DNA of 64,000 bases from the NCBI GenBank assembly GCA_019635215.1, contig JAHBZZ010000010.1, positions 29,516-93,515 on the forward strand, written 5' to 3'. Source of the stretch: Nitrosomonas sp. Lineage in GTDB: Bacteria; Pseudomonadota; Gammaproteobacteria; Burkholderiales; Nitrosomonadaceae. Numbering within the stretch: position 1 is the stretch's first letter; the number at the start of each line of letters is the position of its first letter. Positions 20,525-31,312 of the stretch are shown piece after piece. A program made the position numbers and the translations under genes. Under the pieces are notes generated by a model. It was not told where the DNA came from and did no database searches. It was given only the letters and a program-made list of their open reading frames with translations.

Positions 20525-21217
20525 GTGCATATTTTGATCATTGAAGATGACATGGCGATTGCCGCCAACCTTTATGATTTTCTTGAATCGCGCGGACACA
20601 GCGTGGACGCGGCAGCCGATGGTGCTGTGGGACTTCATCTGGCAGCCACGCAGCAGTTTGACGCTATTCTGCTCGATCTGGGCCTGCCCGGTATGAGTGG
20701 CCTGGCCCTGTGTCAGAAACTGAGAAATGAATTAAGGATTGATACACCGGTCCTGATGTTGACCGCGCGGGACACGCTGGAAGACAAACTGACCGGTTTC
20801 GAATACGGCGCGGATGATTATCTGATCAAACCATTTGCGCTCAAGGAAGTCGAAGCACGGTTAAGCGCGTTACACAAACGCCATTCCGGGCGGGTTGCGA
20901 GCCGCACGCTGGAAGTCGGCAATCTATCCTACGATCCCAAGACGTTTTCAATCCGCTTTGAAAACAAGGATGTCAAATTGCCGCCTAAATGCGTACGTTT
21001 GCTGGCCCTAATGATGAGCGAGCCCGGACGCGTATTCAGCCGTAAGGAACTGGAGTCGGAGGCTTGGGAAGATGCGCAGGAAACCAGCGATACATTGCGC
21101 AGTCATATGCACGTTTTGCGGCGTGCCTTGTCACGTGTCGGCGGCTATGATCCGATTGAGACCGTGCACGGTATTGGGTATTGTCTGTCTTCCCGTGATA
21201 AAACACATCCGGATTAA
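20525..21217 (+). CDS. OmpR-family response regulator
   Basis: ILIIEDD, LLDLGLPG, MLTAR and GADDYLIKPF receiver motifs; winged-helix end IETVHGIGY. Confidence 0.93.
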   Translation: MHILIIEDDMAIAANLYDFLESRGHSVDAAADGAVGLHLAATQQFDAILLDLGLPGMSGLALCQKLRNELRIDTPVLMLTARDTLEDKLTGFEYGADDYLIKPFALKEVEARLSALHKRHSGRVASRTLEVGNLSYDPKTFSIRFENKDVKLPPKCVRLLALMMSEPGRVFSRKELESEAWEDAQETSDTLRSHMHVLRRALSRVGGYDPIETVHGIGYCLSSRDKTHPD

Positions 21218-22499
21218 GCATGGCCTGCGGCTGCGCGTCGCCAACGCATTGGCGAATTTCTGTATTGTCATTGTCGGCGCGTTATGCACCATTTTATATG
21301 TCACCTCCGACAATATTGAAGAAGCACATATCAAACAAGTGATCGAAGTGGAAATGGATCATCTTGTGCACCGTTACAGCAAGCATTCTGATTTTTACTC
21401 CCAAATCGGCTCGCATCTCAAAAACTACGTTATTCGTAACGTCGATGACGAATTACAGATTCCACCTTACTTTCGTGGTTTGAACGACGGTTATCACAGA
21501 ATTTACTATAACTACGAGAATATCTATGTTTTAGTAAAATCCATAGAAAATATTAAGTTTATCGTTGCCTATCGCATCACTTTGCATACACAACGGTTAA
21601 GCGAATTAAGAATACTTATTCTGCTCTCCTGGATTGCTGTCATTGCCATCGCATTTGTGGTCGGTTATGGCCTGGCGGGTATGCTGGTCAAGCAAGTCAC
21701 CGATCTTGCGGAGAGAGTCAAACTTCTGGCTCCCGGTGATGTACAAGGTGTACCGTTAATGAAATCCGACATGGATGAGGAAGTGGCTCAGCTGGCATCG
21801 GCGCTGGATGGCTATCAGAACCGGATACGCAGCATGCTGCAAAGGGAACAGGAATTCACCGCCAATATCAGCCATGAATTGAGGACACCAATTACGACAA
21901 TCTTAACCAGCTGCGAATTATTGGATGCGGAACCGGGTCTTTCCGATAAGGTGCGTCTGCGCATCAAACGGATAGAATCAGCCACGACACGCATGGGCGA
22001 ACAGCTGCAAGCGCTGCTGTTCCTGGCGCGCGAACAGGCGCTGGGTGTAATGGAACCCGTCGCCATAGCGGAATGTGTCAATGATGCAGCCGAACCGCTG
22101 TATCCTGAAATCCATCGCAAGAAACTGAAATTCATGACCAATGTCAGCCCGGACATCATTATTCTGTTGAACCGGCAAGCATTGCATACTGCGTTAACCA
22201 ATCTGCTGCGCAATGCCATTCAATATACTGACGAAGGCTCTATCCGGGTGGATTACAGCAACGGCAACCTATCGGTTACCGATACCGGGATGGGTATTGA
22301 ACCGGCTTTTCTACCATTATTATTTGAACGCTTTTTTCGCGGCACCACACGCGTCGAAGGGCTAGGCATCGGACTGCCGATTGTTAAACGCATCTGTAAC
22401 CACTATGGCTGGCAAATCAACGTCGAAAGCCAAGTCGGACGGGGCACTACTTTCCGCATCACTTTTTCATCGCAACTGCATCCCAAAAAAATGCAGTGA
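21195..22499 (+). CDS. Sensor histidine kinase (HAMP-HisKA-HATPase)
   Basis: Two TM segments; EFTANISHELRTP H-box; NLLRNAIQY, DTGMGI and GLGIGL. Start uncertain (GTG 21195; track 21072). Confidence 0.92.
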   Translation: MIKHIRIKHGLRLRVANALANFCIVIVGALCTILYVTSDNIEEAHIKQVIEVEMDHLVHRYSKHSDFYSQIGSHLKNYVIRNVDDELQIPPYFRGLNDGYHRIYYNYENIYVLVKSIENIKFIVAYRITLHTQRLSELRILILLSWIAVIAIAFVVGYGLAGMLVKQVTDLAERVKLLAPGDVQGVPLMKSDMDEEVAQLASALDGYQNRIRSMLQREQEFTANISHELRTPITTILTSCELLDAEPGLSDKVRLRIKRIESATTRMGEQLQALLFLAREQALGVMEPVAIAECVNDAAEPLYPEIHRKKLKFMTNVSPDIIILLNRQALHTALTNLLRNAIQYTDEGSIRVDYSNGNLSVTDTGMGIEPAFLPLLFERFFRGTTRVEGLGIGLPIVKRICNHYGWQINVESQVGRGTTFRITFSSQLHPKKMQ

Positions 22500-22529
22500 T
22501 GCCTCAAAACCGCTGCCTATCTTGCTGAC

Positions 22530-23879
22530 TCAAGCAAAAGTATTGACGATTCCGTTATGCCTGTTTGAAATGAACTGTTTTTCCAGGTTTAGATTTGATT
22601 CATCACGCGCATTAAAACCGTTTGCATTTTGGACGTGTTGACGGCCTTGCCGTTCACCCTGCTCCTGGCGTTGAAACGATTCGGCACCGACCATCACATC
22701 GCCAAGCTGGATACCGCTCTCCGCCATCATTTCACGTAATCGGGGCAGCGCCGTTTCGATGGCCTCACGCACAGCCGGATGAGGCGAAACAAATTGCGCC
22801 GAGGCTTGCGTGCCATTGTCCCCGGTGAGACTCAACACGATTTCAACAGGGCCGAGATGTGCAGGATTCAGACGAAGCTCCGCAACCTGATGGTGTTGAT
22901 GCGCAAGCCAGACGATTTTCTGCGCAAACTCATTACCCCATTTGGGCTGCCCCATTTGCGTATCCAAACCGACAGGTTGAGGCGTGACTGTTTGCACTGC
23001 CGCATTTGAAGCCGTTTGCGTCACACCACTCAGACCGGATTGACTGTGGGCATGTTGCGGCGCATCAAGGCCAATCTGCACTGCAAGGGCCGCCTCTCCC
23101 ATTGTAGTTACACCGCTCAGGCCGGATTGGCTGTGAAGTTGCGGCATATCAAGGTCGGTTTGCAATGAAAAATTCATTTCGCCTACTCGAGTGAACAAAT
23201 TTTTCTGAAATTCGGAAGTCAGTAACGGTAACGCTGAATCATCCACAAAATGTGCGGCTTGCAGTGTATGCCTCAAATTATTTCCGCCATTCCCTGCGGG
23301 ATTCTGCATGGGCCCTTCCTGCGAACTGAACTGAAACGATTGTATGGCGGCAGCGATAGTCAGACCCGGAGCTGGTGGTATGACGCCTACGCTCTTTTCG
23401 TTCAACCCGGGTTGAACGTTATGCAACACGAAATTTTCTGCAGGCACTTCTGCGGATACAATCGGCGGCATGATTTCTACATTAACACTGTTTCCCGGGA
23501 ATAGAATCTGAGCAACCTGAATCTGATTTGCCATGAATTCATTATTCGCATTCGCCGTACTTGTTGTATTGTCTACAATATCCACCGCATCGGTTGCATC
23601 GGCTACTTTGGTTACTTTGGCTATACCGGTTTTATCTGTAGTGCTCCCCTTTTCAGTAGATATAGTAGATACGGATTCTGCCGACTTGCTGTTCGTATCC
23701 GGAGTTGTTTTTTTTGCATGGTCTGCTACCGGAGCGGACTCCTTTTCAGCAACCTCACGCGCCAGAATGGTGTCAAATTTTCCCGATTCAGACTTGCTCG
23801 AATGGTTTTGTCCGTCATAACCTTTCTCGGGTTGTTGAACCTGCGTGGGTATTTGTACAGGGGCGATTGGATTTAACAT
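22530..23879 (-). CDS. fliK: Flagellar hook-length control protein
   Basis: Low-complexity N-terminus; C-terminal AELRLNPAHLGPVEI...VREAIETALPRLREMM T3S4 domain. Confidence 0.92.
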   Translation of the reverse strand: MLNPIAPVQIPTQVQQPEKGYDGQNHSSKSESGKFDTILAREVAEKESAPVADHAKKTTPDTNSKSAESVSTISTEKGSTTDKTGIAKVTKVADATDAVDIVDNTTSTANANNEFMANQIQVAQILFPGNSVNVEIMPPIVSAEVPAENFVLHNVQPGLNEKSVGVIPPAPGLTIAAAIQSFQFSSQEGPMQNPAGNGGNNLRHTLQAAHFVDDSALPLLTSEFQKNLFTRVGEMNFSLQTDLDMPQLHSQSGLSGVTTMGEAALAVQIGLDAPQHAHSQSGLSGVTQTASNAAVQTVTPQPVGLDTQMGQPKWGNEFAQKIVWLAHQHHQVAELRLNPAHLGPVEIVLSLTGDNGTQASAQFVSPHPAVREAIETALPRLREMMAESGIQLGDVMVGAESFQRQEQGERQGRQHVQNANGFNARDESNLNLEKQFISNRHNGIVNTFA

Positions 23880-23941
23880 GACTTGTATCCTATAAAATGA
23901 TTGTCTTTCGATGGCTTACAACCGGACAACGATCTCTTCGT

Positions 23942-24397
23942 TTATTTCATCAGGCCTGGATTTTTCCGGACAAAGCGATTGGAAGAAAATTCATCCACTT
24001 CTTTTTGCTCGAGTTTCTTTTGTTTGAGCGCCGCAATTCTCTGATGACGTTGCGACACCGTATCGTAAGCATTCAATTTACGCTGACAGGCCTGATACTC
24101 ATCACTACCAATCTTACGGTTGCTTTCCGCGTACTGGACCGCACGCTGCTGTTCGGCAATAGCAGTATCCAGTTTCTTAATGAAAATCATAAAATTACGC
24201 CATTCGGCATGACCCATGCCATTCCGTGATACATTCTGCAGCTGCAGCTGATAACTCCGCCGATAATTCAGTAGCAAATCGAGTTTTTGCCCTGCTTCCC
24301 GGTACTGCACATTCAATCTTCCCAGTTTCTTTGCGGAATCGTCATTTTGCTTTCGGGCGAATTCAAGTAATTTTTGTAAAGACTCATTTTCAGGCAT
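23942..24397 (-). CDS. fliJ: Flagellar export protein FliJ
   Basis: Coiled coil with YRRSY, LDTAIAEQ and EQKEVDE; lies between fliI and fliK. Confidence 0.9.
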   Translation of the reverse strand: MPENESLQKLLEFARKQNDDSAKKLGRLNVQYREAGQKLDLLLNYRRSYQLQLQNVSRNGMGHAEWRNFMIFIKKLDTAIAEQQRAVQYAESNRKIGSDEYQACQRKLNAYDTVSQRHQRIAALKQKKLEQKEVDEFSSNRFVRKNPGLMK

Positions 24398-24425
24398 TTA
24401 TAAAATCCGTTTAAGATGATTCGAC

Positions 24426-25853
24426 TCAGAACGTATCGAATATTGTCATCATTTTCTGAATGCTATCGTCATAATTTTCATGCTGCATCATCCCTTGCTG
24501 CAGGAAACTCTCGAGCTTGGGATAAAGCTGAATGGCCTGGTCCAGCGCCGGATCCGAACCCGGCATATAAGCGCCTACGCTGATCAGGTCATAGCTGCGC
24601 TGATAACGGGAAAAGGCGCTTTTGAATTTTCTTGCCGCTTCTATTTGCTCGGGGGATACCACACTCGACATCACACGGCTGATCGATGCCTCGATATCAA
24701 TCGCCGGATAATGGCCGGCTTCCGCCAGCCGGCGTGCAAGTACGATGTGTCCATCCAGAATCGCCCGTGCACTGTCGGCAATCGGATCATTATGATCGTC
24801 GCCCTCGGTCAGCACGGTATAGAATGCGGTAATGGAACCACTATCCTTGTTGCCGTTACCTGCGCGTTCAACCAGTTGCGGCAGTTTGGCAAAAACGGAG
24901 GGCGGATAACCTTTTGTTGCAGGGGGCTCGCCAATCGCCAGAGCGATCTCCCGCTGCGCCATTGCATAGCGTGTCAGCGAATCCATAATCAGCAGCACAT
25001 GCTTTCCTTCATCACGGAAATATTCTGCGATCGCTGTTGCATATGACGCACCTTGGAGACGCAATAGCGGCGAGGTATCCGCAGGCGCCGCAACAACGAC
25101 GGAACGCCCGAGCCCCTCATGCCCCAATATGTTTTCGATGAACTCTTTAACTTCGCGCCCGCGCTCACCAATCAGACCGACAACAATCACATCGGCGCTG
25201 GTGTAGCGCGCCATCATGCCGATCAATACACTTTTACCAACACCGCTGCCCGCGAACAATCCCATGCGTTGACCACGGCCAACAGTGAGCAATGTATTAA
25301 TGGCACGTACACCGACATCCAACGGTTGAGAAACCGGAATGCGTTCGAGCGGATTGTATGGTCTGCTGTATAGTGGAACGCACTTTTCCGCCTTTATCGG
25401 CCCCAGATTATCCAACGGCTCTCCGACACCATTCAATACGCGCCCCAGCAATCCATGTCCTACGTAGACATGTTTGGCCTGATCCAAGGCGCGTCTTTTC
25501 GGATACTGTGTCGTTCCTACTTTAGGCACCTGCGCAACAATTTCTGTGGGTATTACTCTTGCACCCGGCGTCAGTCCATACACTTCGCCTGTCGGCATCA
25601 GAAACAAGCGCCCTTCTGAGAAACCGACGACTTCGGCGAATATGCTATTGCCGTTAAACAGAAAAACAGTACAACTGCTGCCGACCGCAAGTTTAAGACC
25701 CACTGCTTCCATGACCAGACCGGCAACCTTCGTTACGGTTCCGCTCGGCAAAATCGGATCGGCAGCCAGGATAAGCTGGTTGCAGTTTTCTAAAAAACTG
25801 CACCAATTACCATGATGACTGTGCATACCGCTGTTATTTTTCAATCCAATCAT
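24426..25853 (-). CDS. fliI: Flagellar export ATPase
   Basis: AGSGVGKS Walker A; [16 protein letters not shown] and [10 protein letters not shown] motifs. Confidence 0.97.
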   Translation of the reverse strand: MIGLKNNSGMHSHHGNWCSFLENCNQLILAADPILPSGTVTKVAGLVMEAVGLKLAVGSSCTVFLFNGNSIFAEVVGFSEGRLFLMPTGEVYGLTPGARVIPTEIVAQVPKVGTTQYPKRRALDQAKHVYVGHGLLGRVLNGVGEPLDNLGPIKAEKCVPLYSRPYNPLERIPVSQPLDVGVRAINTLLTVGRGQRMGLFAGSGVGKSVLIGMMARYTSADVIVVGLIGERGREVKEFIENILGHEGLGRSVVVAAPADTSPLLRLQGASYATAIAEYFRDEGKHVLLIMDSLTRYAMAQREIALAIGEPPATKGYPPSVFAKLPQLVERAGNGNKDSGSITAFYTVLTEGDDHNDPIADSARAILDGHIVLARRLAEAGHYPAIDIEASISRVMSSVVSPEQIEAARKFKSAFSRYQRSYDLISVGAYMPGSDPALDQAIQLYPKLESFLQQGMMQHENYDDSIQKMMTIFDTF

Positions 25854-26592
25854 TTTGCTGACCTATAGCATCCAGAACTCTGCGCCAGCGTGTTTCCACA
25901 CTGGCATCAACTTCACTGCCGCCGGCTTCAATACGGCAACCACCTTGAACGATCTGATCGTCTTCATAAACTTCCCAATTGCCTTGCAAAATTTGTTCAT
26001 TCAGATACTGGCGCACGATTCTGGCATCGTCCGGATGCAGAAACAGACGAATATGCTGCATAATGCCCGGGAGTTGACGTACGGCATCCTGTACAACAGA
26101 AAGAATCAATTCAGGCCGTAAGACAATTGCCTGCATGGTTATTTTCTTAGCCAGATCAATGGCAAGTGTTAAAAGATTTTGTGCAACCTGCTGATCCAGC
26201 GTATGAAGCTGATCGCCAAGATGCTCAAATACCCGATTGACATGCGCCAACTCCGTTTTTATTTCAGATTCACCTTCTTGGCGGCCTTCCTGATACCCTT
26301 TGTTGTAGCCTTCCTGATACCCTTTGCTCAAGCCTTCGTCATGGCCTTGTTTTTGTCCGTCCACTCTGGCCTGTTGCAATATCGCTGCAATCTCTTCTTC
26401 TGTTATCCTGACTTCTTTTTCTTGATCTACGGTCTCATTCTCACTTGAGTGATCAGCTTGCCTTTCTTCTGCCTGCGTATCCTGTTCCTGACATGCCGGC
26501 GTGGAATCCGGCACGGACTGATCCAACATATCCCATTGCCAAAGCCGGCACGATTTGAGTTTGTCTTTTGATATGACAACGGTTGTTTCCAT
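25834..26592 (-). CDS. fliH: Flagellar assembly protein FliH
   Basis: GxxxG repeats ([25 protein letters not shown]); LHPDDA and GGCRIE...DASVETRW. Confidence 0.93.
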   Translation of the reverse strand: METTVVISKDKLKSCRLWQWDMLDQSVPDSTPACQEQDTQAEERQADHSSENETVDQEKEVRITEEEIAAILQQARVDGQKQGHDEGLSKGYQEGYNKGYQEGRQEGESEIKTELAHVNRVFEHLGDQLHTLDQQVAQNLLTLAIDLAKKITMQAIVLRPELILSVVQDAVRQLPGIMQHIRLFLHPDDARIVRQYLNEQILQGNWEVYEDDQIVQGGCRIEAGGSEVDASVETRWRRVLDAIGQQNDWIEK

Positions 26593-26643
26593 ACGTATGG
26601 ACCTGGTTATTTAGACTCGATCACCCGGAGTAAACCAGCGGGC

Positions 26644-27639
26644 TTAAATATAACTATCCTCACCCTTGCCGCCCAGTACGATCTGTCCGCTCTCAGCCAG
26701 CTGACGCAGCACTTTGAGTATTTCTTTCTGTTCGGCTTCTACTTCGGATACACGTACCGGTCCTTTGCCTTCAATATCTTCCTTGAGTGCTTCAACCGCA
26801 CGTTTAGACATGTTCTTGAAGATTTTTTCCCGAACTTCTTCCGGCGCGCCTTTCAAGGCGGTCACCAGGGATTCGGACTGTACTTCTCTCAGCAACAACT
26901 GGATACCCTGGTCATCGACATCAGCCAGATTATCGAATACGAACATTTCATCCATGATCTGCTGCGCCAGATCTTCGTCATATTGCTTGATATTTTCGAT
27001 GACACTGGCTTCCTGAGCAGTAGGTACGAAGTTGAGTATTTCGGCTGCAGCGCGGACTCCCCCCATTGGCGCTTTACGGATATTGGCGCTGCCGGACAGC
27101 AATTTCATGAGCACATCGTTGAGCTCTCTTAATGCATCCGGTTGAATACTGTCCAATGTTGCGATACGCAATAATGTGTCATTGCGTAACCGCTCCGGAA
27201 AAAGGCTGAGTATTTCACTGGCATGGTCACGTTCAAGATGTACCAGGATTGTGGCTATAATCTGCGGGTGTTCATTCCTGATCATTTCAACAATTGACGG
27301 CGCGTCCATCCATTTGAGACCCTCGATACCACTTGTATCGCCACCATGCAAAATACGATCAATCAGATTGGCAGCTTTTTCATCGCCCAATGCATTGACC
27401 AGTACTTTGCGGATATATTCATTGGCATCCTGCCCCAACGCGGTTTTCCCAGATGCTTGCGCGCTGAATTCATCAATCACACTCTCAATTTCCGCCTGAG
27501 TGACATTATTCAGCGTCGACATGGCTGTTCCCAATTTCTGAACCTCTTTAGGTGACAAAAATTTGAACACCGATGCAGCTTCTTGTTCACCGAGTGACAT
27601 CAGCAAAATAGCACTTTTCTTTAAACCATTATTATCCAT
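26644..27639 (-). CDS. fliG: Flagellar motor switch protein
   Basis: KSAILLMSLGE, EHPQIIA, MFVFDNL and NMSKRA motifs. Confidence 0.97.
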   Translation of the reverse strand: MDNNGLKKSAILLMSLGEQEAASVFKFLSPKEVQKLGTAMSTLNNVTQAEIESVIDEFSAQASGKTALGQDANEYIRKVLVNALGDEKAANLIDRILHGGDTSGIEGLKWMDAPSIVEMIRNEHPQIIATILVHLERDHASEILSLFPERLRNDTLLRIATLDSIQPDALRELNDVLMKLLSGSANIRKAPMGGVRAAAEILNFVPTAQEASVIENIKQYDEDLAQQIMDEMFVFDNLADVDDQGIQLLLREVQSESLVTALKGAPEEVREKIFKNMSKRAVEALKEDIEGKGPVRVSEVEAEQKEILKVLRQLAESGQIVLGGKGEDSYI

Positions 27640-29362
27640 TGTTCACCCATTCTTTCACTACATTAGCAACAATAGCCGGTTCTTCAATCGCCATCTGTCT
27701 GATTCTTTTTAAATTCTTTTCAAACTGCTCTTTTCTGAGCGCTTCTTCGGTAGGTTCCTGATTCAGTAATGGCGTACCGTCCGGCGCAAACTGTACGGGA
27801 TGCCCGGATTCATCAACGGCTGCAATACCATCAGGCAGTTGAGCGGTTTCTTTTTCTTCCAGTGCGGGATCATCGGTCAGTGATTTCAGGAATGGACGCA
27901 GAACTTTTAACAAAAAGAACAGCACAATGGCGGCAATGATCAGCTGTTTACCGATTTCCATCGCCGCCATGATGATGTCAGGATCCTGCCATAGCGGCAT
28001 TTTCTGTGATGCGTCATCAATGTCACTAAACAGATTGTTTGTAACCGTTAAGGTATCACCCCGTTCCTCGTTATAACCTATGGCATTTTTTACCAGTTGA
28101 TTGATTTCCCGAATTTCTTCCCCGGAAAGCGGTGCATAAGTCACATTGCCTTCCTCATCAATTATTCTCCGGTAATTTACAACGACTGCTGCGGATAGGC
28201 GCCTGATATTGCCGGTCGGTAACTGCGTATGCTGTATCGTTTTATCGACTTCATAGTTAATGGTCGATTCCTTGCGCTGATCGGTCGGCAGTGGTTCAGG
28301 CTTCTTCTCGCCGTCTTCGCCTTCCAGCTCTATCGGAGCGATTGCAGGTTCCGGTGGACGATTTGTCAATGCGCCCGGTATTCCACCGTCAAATTTATTG
28401 CCTGTAGACAAGGATTCCATCGTCTGCTGACTGCGAACGGAAGCCGGATCGTCCGGTGTATTATTGGGCCGGTAAATTTCTTCGGCCCGCTCTATTCTCG
28501 AAAAATCCAAGTCGGCTGTTACCTGCGCGCGTACATTGGCGCTACCAGTGATTGGTGACAGTATTTTTTCGATGCGCTGTACGTAACTTTTTTCTAGCTC
28601 ATGCAGATATTCCAATTGCTTTGCGTCAAACTTAGATTCTTTTTTCGGTGCTTGTCCACTTAACAAATTACCGTTCTGATCGACGACCGTCACATTCTTC
28701 GTGGGTAAACTGGGGATACTGCTGGAAACGAGATGAACAATAGCGCTGACCTGCTCTTCGCCCAACACGCGCCCCGGATACAGATTCAGCAATACAGAAA
28801 CAGTAGGCTGTTGCCTTTCTCTTGCAAAAACAGATGGTTTCGAAATAGCCAGATGAACACGTGCGCTTTGAACAGCCGCCAGTGATTGCACCGAACGCGC
28901 CAATTCACCTTCCAGCGCGCGTTGATAATTGACTTGTTCGAGAAACTGACTGGTTCCGAACTTCTGGTTCTCCATTAGCTCAAATCCGGCCAGACCGCTG
29001 CGCGGCAATCCCTGACCGGCAAGACGCAACCGGATTTCGTGCACCTGATTATTGGGTACCAGTATAGCCCCGCCACCGTCAGAAAGTTTGTACGGCACAT
29101 TCGATTGCTGCAATGCGCTAATGATGGCGGCACCGTCCTGATCGGAAACATTGGAAAACAGCACCCGGTAATCCGGAGACTGGCTCCAAAGCCAGGCGCC
29201 CACCAGCAATGCAACCGTTGCTGCAGCGACAACCATGATACCCAGTTTTTTCTGCTGGGATAACTGATTGAATTTGTCTAATCCAAATGCTGAGCTTGCT
29301 GATGTATCTGGCTGTACTGCAGCTGAATTTGCTGTATTGACTTCATTGGGTACCGTGGCCAC
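27632..29362 (-). CDS. fliF: Flagellar M-ring protein
   Basis: Two TM segments; FGTSQFLEQVNYQRALEGEL, ARVHLA and YEVDK motifs. Confidence 0.97.
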   Translation of the reverse strand: MATVPNEVNTANSAAVQPDTSASSAFGLDKFNQLSQQKKLGIMVVAAATVALLVGAWLWSQSPDYRVLFSNVSDQDGAAIISALQQSNVPYKLSDGGGAILVPNNQVHEIRLRLAGQGLPRSGLAGFELMENQKFGTSQFLEQVNYQRALEGELARSVQSLAAVQSARVHLAISKPSVFARERQQPTVSVLLNLYPGRVLGEEQVSAIVHLVSSSIPSLPTKNVTVVDQNGNLLSGQAPKKESKFDAKQLEYLHELEKSYVQRIEKILSPITGSANVRAQVTADLDFSRIERAEEIYRPNNTPDDPASVRSQQTMESLSTGNKFDGGIPGALTNRPPEPAIAPIELEGEDGEKKPEPLPTDQRKESTINYEVDKTIQHTQLPTGNIRRLSAAVVVNYRRIIDEEGNVTYAPLSGEEIREINQLVKNAIGYNEERGDTLTVTNNLFSDIDDASQKMPLWQDPDIIMAAMEIGKQLIIAAIVLFFLLKVLRPFLKSLTDDPALEEKETAQLPDGIAAVDESGHPVQFAPDGTPLLNQEPTEEALRKEQFEKNLKRIRQMAIEEPAIVANVVKEWVNNG

Positions 29363-29726
29363 AAATATTCTCCTGCCTGAGTGTTTTTTCGCTTATCTAT
29401 TCATGCAAAATGGATTTAAGAAATTTTCATTCAGTACTGTGTCAATGATTTAAGTTGTATTATGATTAGCCGTAAACATCTCTTGAGTCCACCCCGTGTG
29501 TTTACCTGATATGCAAATACACGATCGAAAGATGCATTATCGATAATTTTTTATGCGCTTAATGTCTAAATAAAGCGGATTTGTCTGCCCTATTCCCGCC
29601 ATAATCATCCCTTTAATCAATGTTATCCTGACGACCATTATGCTTATAGTTTTCTGCACGGCAGACTAAAAAACGGAATAACCGCTTACCAAACAAACCG
29701 ATAATTTTTACTCATAAGGTCGTATC

Positions 29727-30050
29727 ATGGATAAATCCGGAATTAATACTATACTTGATCAACTGCGGACAGCTTCAGCACAGGCATCCGGCATAAAGCG
29801 GCAGGAAGTGGAAAGTGATGCGGTCAAGGTTGATTTCGGTGAAACTTTAAAAGCTGCCGTAGACAAGACGAACAACCTGCAACAAACCGCTGACCGAATG
29901 ACCCGGGATTTTGTCAGTGGCGAGTCCAATATGGATTTGCACGATGTCATGATCTCCTTACAAAAGGCTAATATTACCTTCCAGAGCATGGTGCAGGTCC
30001 GTAATAAATTAGTCACCGCTTACCAGGAAATTATGAATATGCAGGTTTGA
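29727..30050 (+). CDS. fliE: Flagellar hook-basal body protein
   Basis: LHDVMISLQKA...VQVRNKLVTAYQEIMNMQV C-terminus; divergent from fliF. Confidence 0.96.
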   Translation: MDKSGINTILDQLRTASAQASGIKRQEVESDAVKVDFGETLKAAVDKTNNLQQTADRMTRDFVSGESNMDLHDVMISLQKANITFQSMVQVRNKLVTAYQEIMNMQV

Positions 30051-30117
30051 ATTCAGCAAATGCTGGGGATTGCATAACGTAATAAAGACCCGGTAATTTT
30101 AAAAAGGGTAACTCCAT

Positions 30118-31266
30118 TTGTCACAGAAAGAGGATTTGTTTGCGCATCAGGACACACTTGCGCAATTACACGAAGACATTCCGTTATCCGATAAACTGAG
30201 TTTTATCCATCAGATCATTCTCCAGGATTTTCCTTTTATCAATCGTTTGGCTATCGCGCTGTTTGATGAAAAAACGGATATGCTCAAAACCTATACGCAT
30301 AGTACGGATGATACCGATAATCCAATGACCGCTTATGAGGCGCCGCTCAACGCAGCGCCTTCTTTACGCGACATTATCGAACAACGATGTCCGCGACTGG
30401 TGCAGGATTTAAATATTTTTATCCAGGGCACGCATGAACATACCCAACGCATTGCAACCAAAGGTTATAAGTCCAGCTACACTATGCCGCTGTATCAAAA
30501 TGGTGCTTTCATCGGTTTTTTGTTTTTCAACTCGTTACAGGAACATCCTTTTACACCTGCCATTTTGCGGCAAATCGATATCTATGGGCACCTGATCGCG
30601 CTTATGGTGATCAATGAATTGACCGCCATCCGCACGCTGATCGCTGCGGTACAGGCCGCACGCAGCATGACACATTACCGTGACATTGAAACCGGCAAGC
30701 ATATCGACCGTACTGCACACTATGCGCGCCTTATTGCACGGGAACTGGCGCAAGACTATAACATCAGCGACGAGCAGATCGAACACATTTTTCTGTTTTC
30801 TCCGTTACATGATGTTGGCAAAATCGGTATTCCGGACAGCATTCTGCGTAAACCCGGAAAACTGGATGATGAAGAGTTCGACGTGATGAAAACACATCCG
30901 GAAAAGGGACGTGAGATTATTGACACGATTCTTGATGATTTCAGTTTATATGCACTGGATCATGTCAACATCATGCGTAATATTGCCGAGTATCATCATG
31001 AAGCGGTGGATGGCAGCGGCTATCCAAAGGGATTGAAAGGCGATGAAATCCCGATTGAGGCCCGTATCAGCGCAGTAGCCGATGTATTTGATGCACTGAC
31101 TTCACGTCGCACCTACAAAATGGCATGGAGTAATGAAGAGGCTTTTGCGTTATTGAGGCAATTATCCAATACAAAACTGGATCGTGACTGCGTAAATGCG
31201 TTACTCAAGTATCCAGATAAAATATTGGAAATTCAGCAACATTTCAAGGATGATGAGCTGACCTGA
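30118..31266 (+). CDS. GAF + HD-GYP c-di-GMP phosphodiesterase
   Basis: RDIETGKH, LHDVGKIG, HHEAVDGSGYP and VADVFDALT motifs; N-terminal GAF-like region; TTG start. Confidence 0.9.
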   Translation: MSQKEDLFAHQDTLAQLHEDIPLSDKLSFIHQIILQDFPFINRLAIALFDEKTDMLKTYTHSTDDTDNPMTAYEAPLNAAPSLRDIIEQRCPRLVQDLNIFIQGTHEHTQRIATKGYKSSYTMPLYQNGAFIGFLFFNSLQEHPFTPAILRQIDIYGHLIALMVINELTAIRTLIAAVQAARSMTHYRDIETGKHIDRTAHYARLIARELAQDYNISDEQIEHIFLFSPLHDVGKIGIPDSILRKPGKLDDEEFDVMKTHPEKGREIIDTILDDFSLYALDHVNIMRNIAEYHHEAVDGSGYPKGLKGDEIPIEARISAVADVFDALTSRRTYKMAWSNEEAFALLRQLSNTKLDRDCVNALLKYPDKILEIQQHFKDDELT

Positions 31267-31312
31267 TAAAGTTTTCGGCACAAATCATGCCCATCGGTCC
31301 ATACAAATATTG

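Noticed and set aside
26280-26345. Repeated CCTTCCTGATACC units in fliH
   Set aside because: They encode the known GxxxG repeats of FliH.
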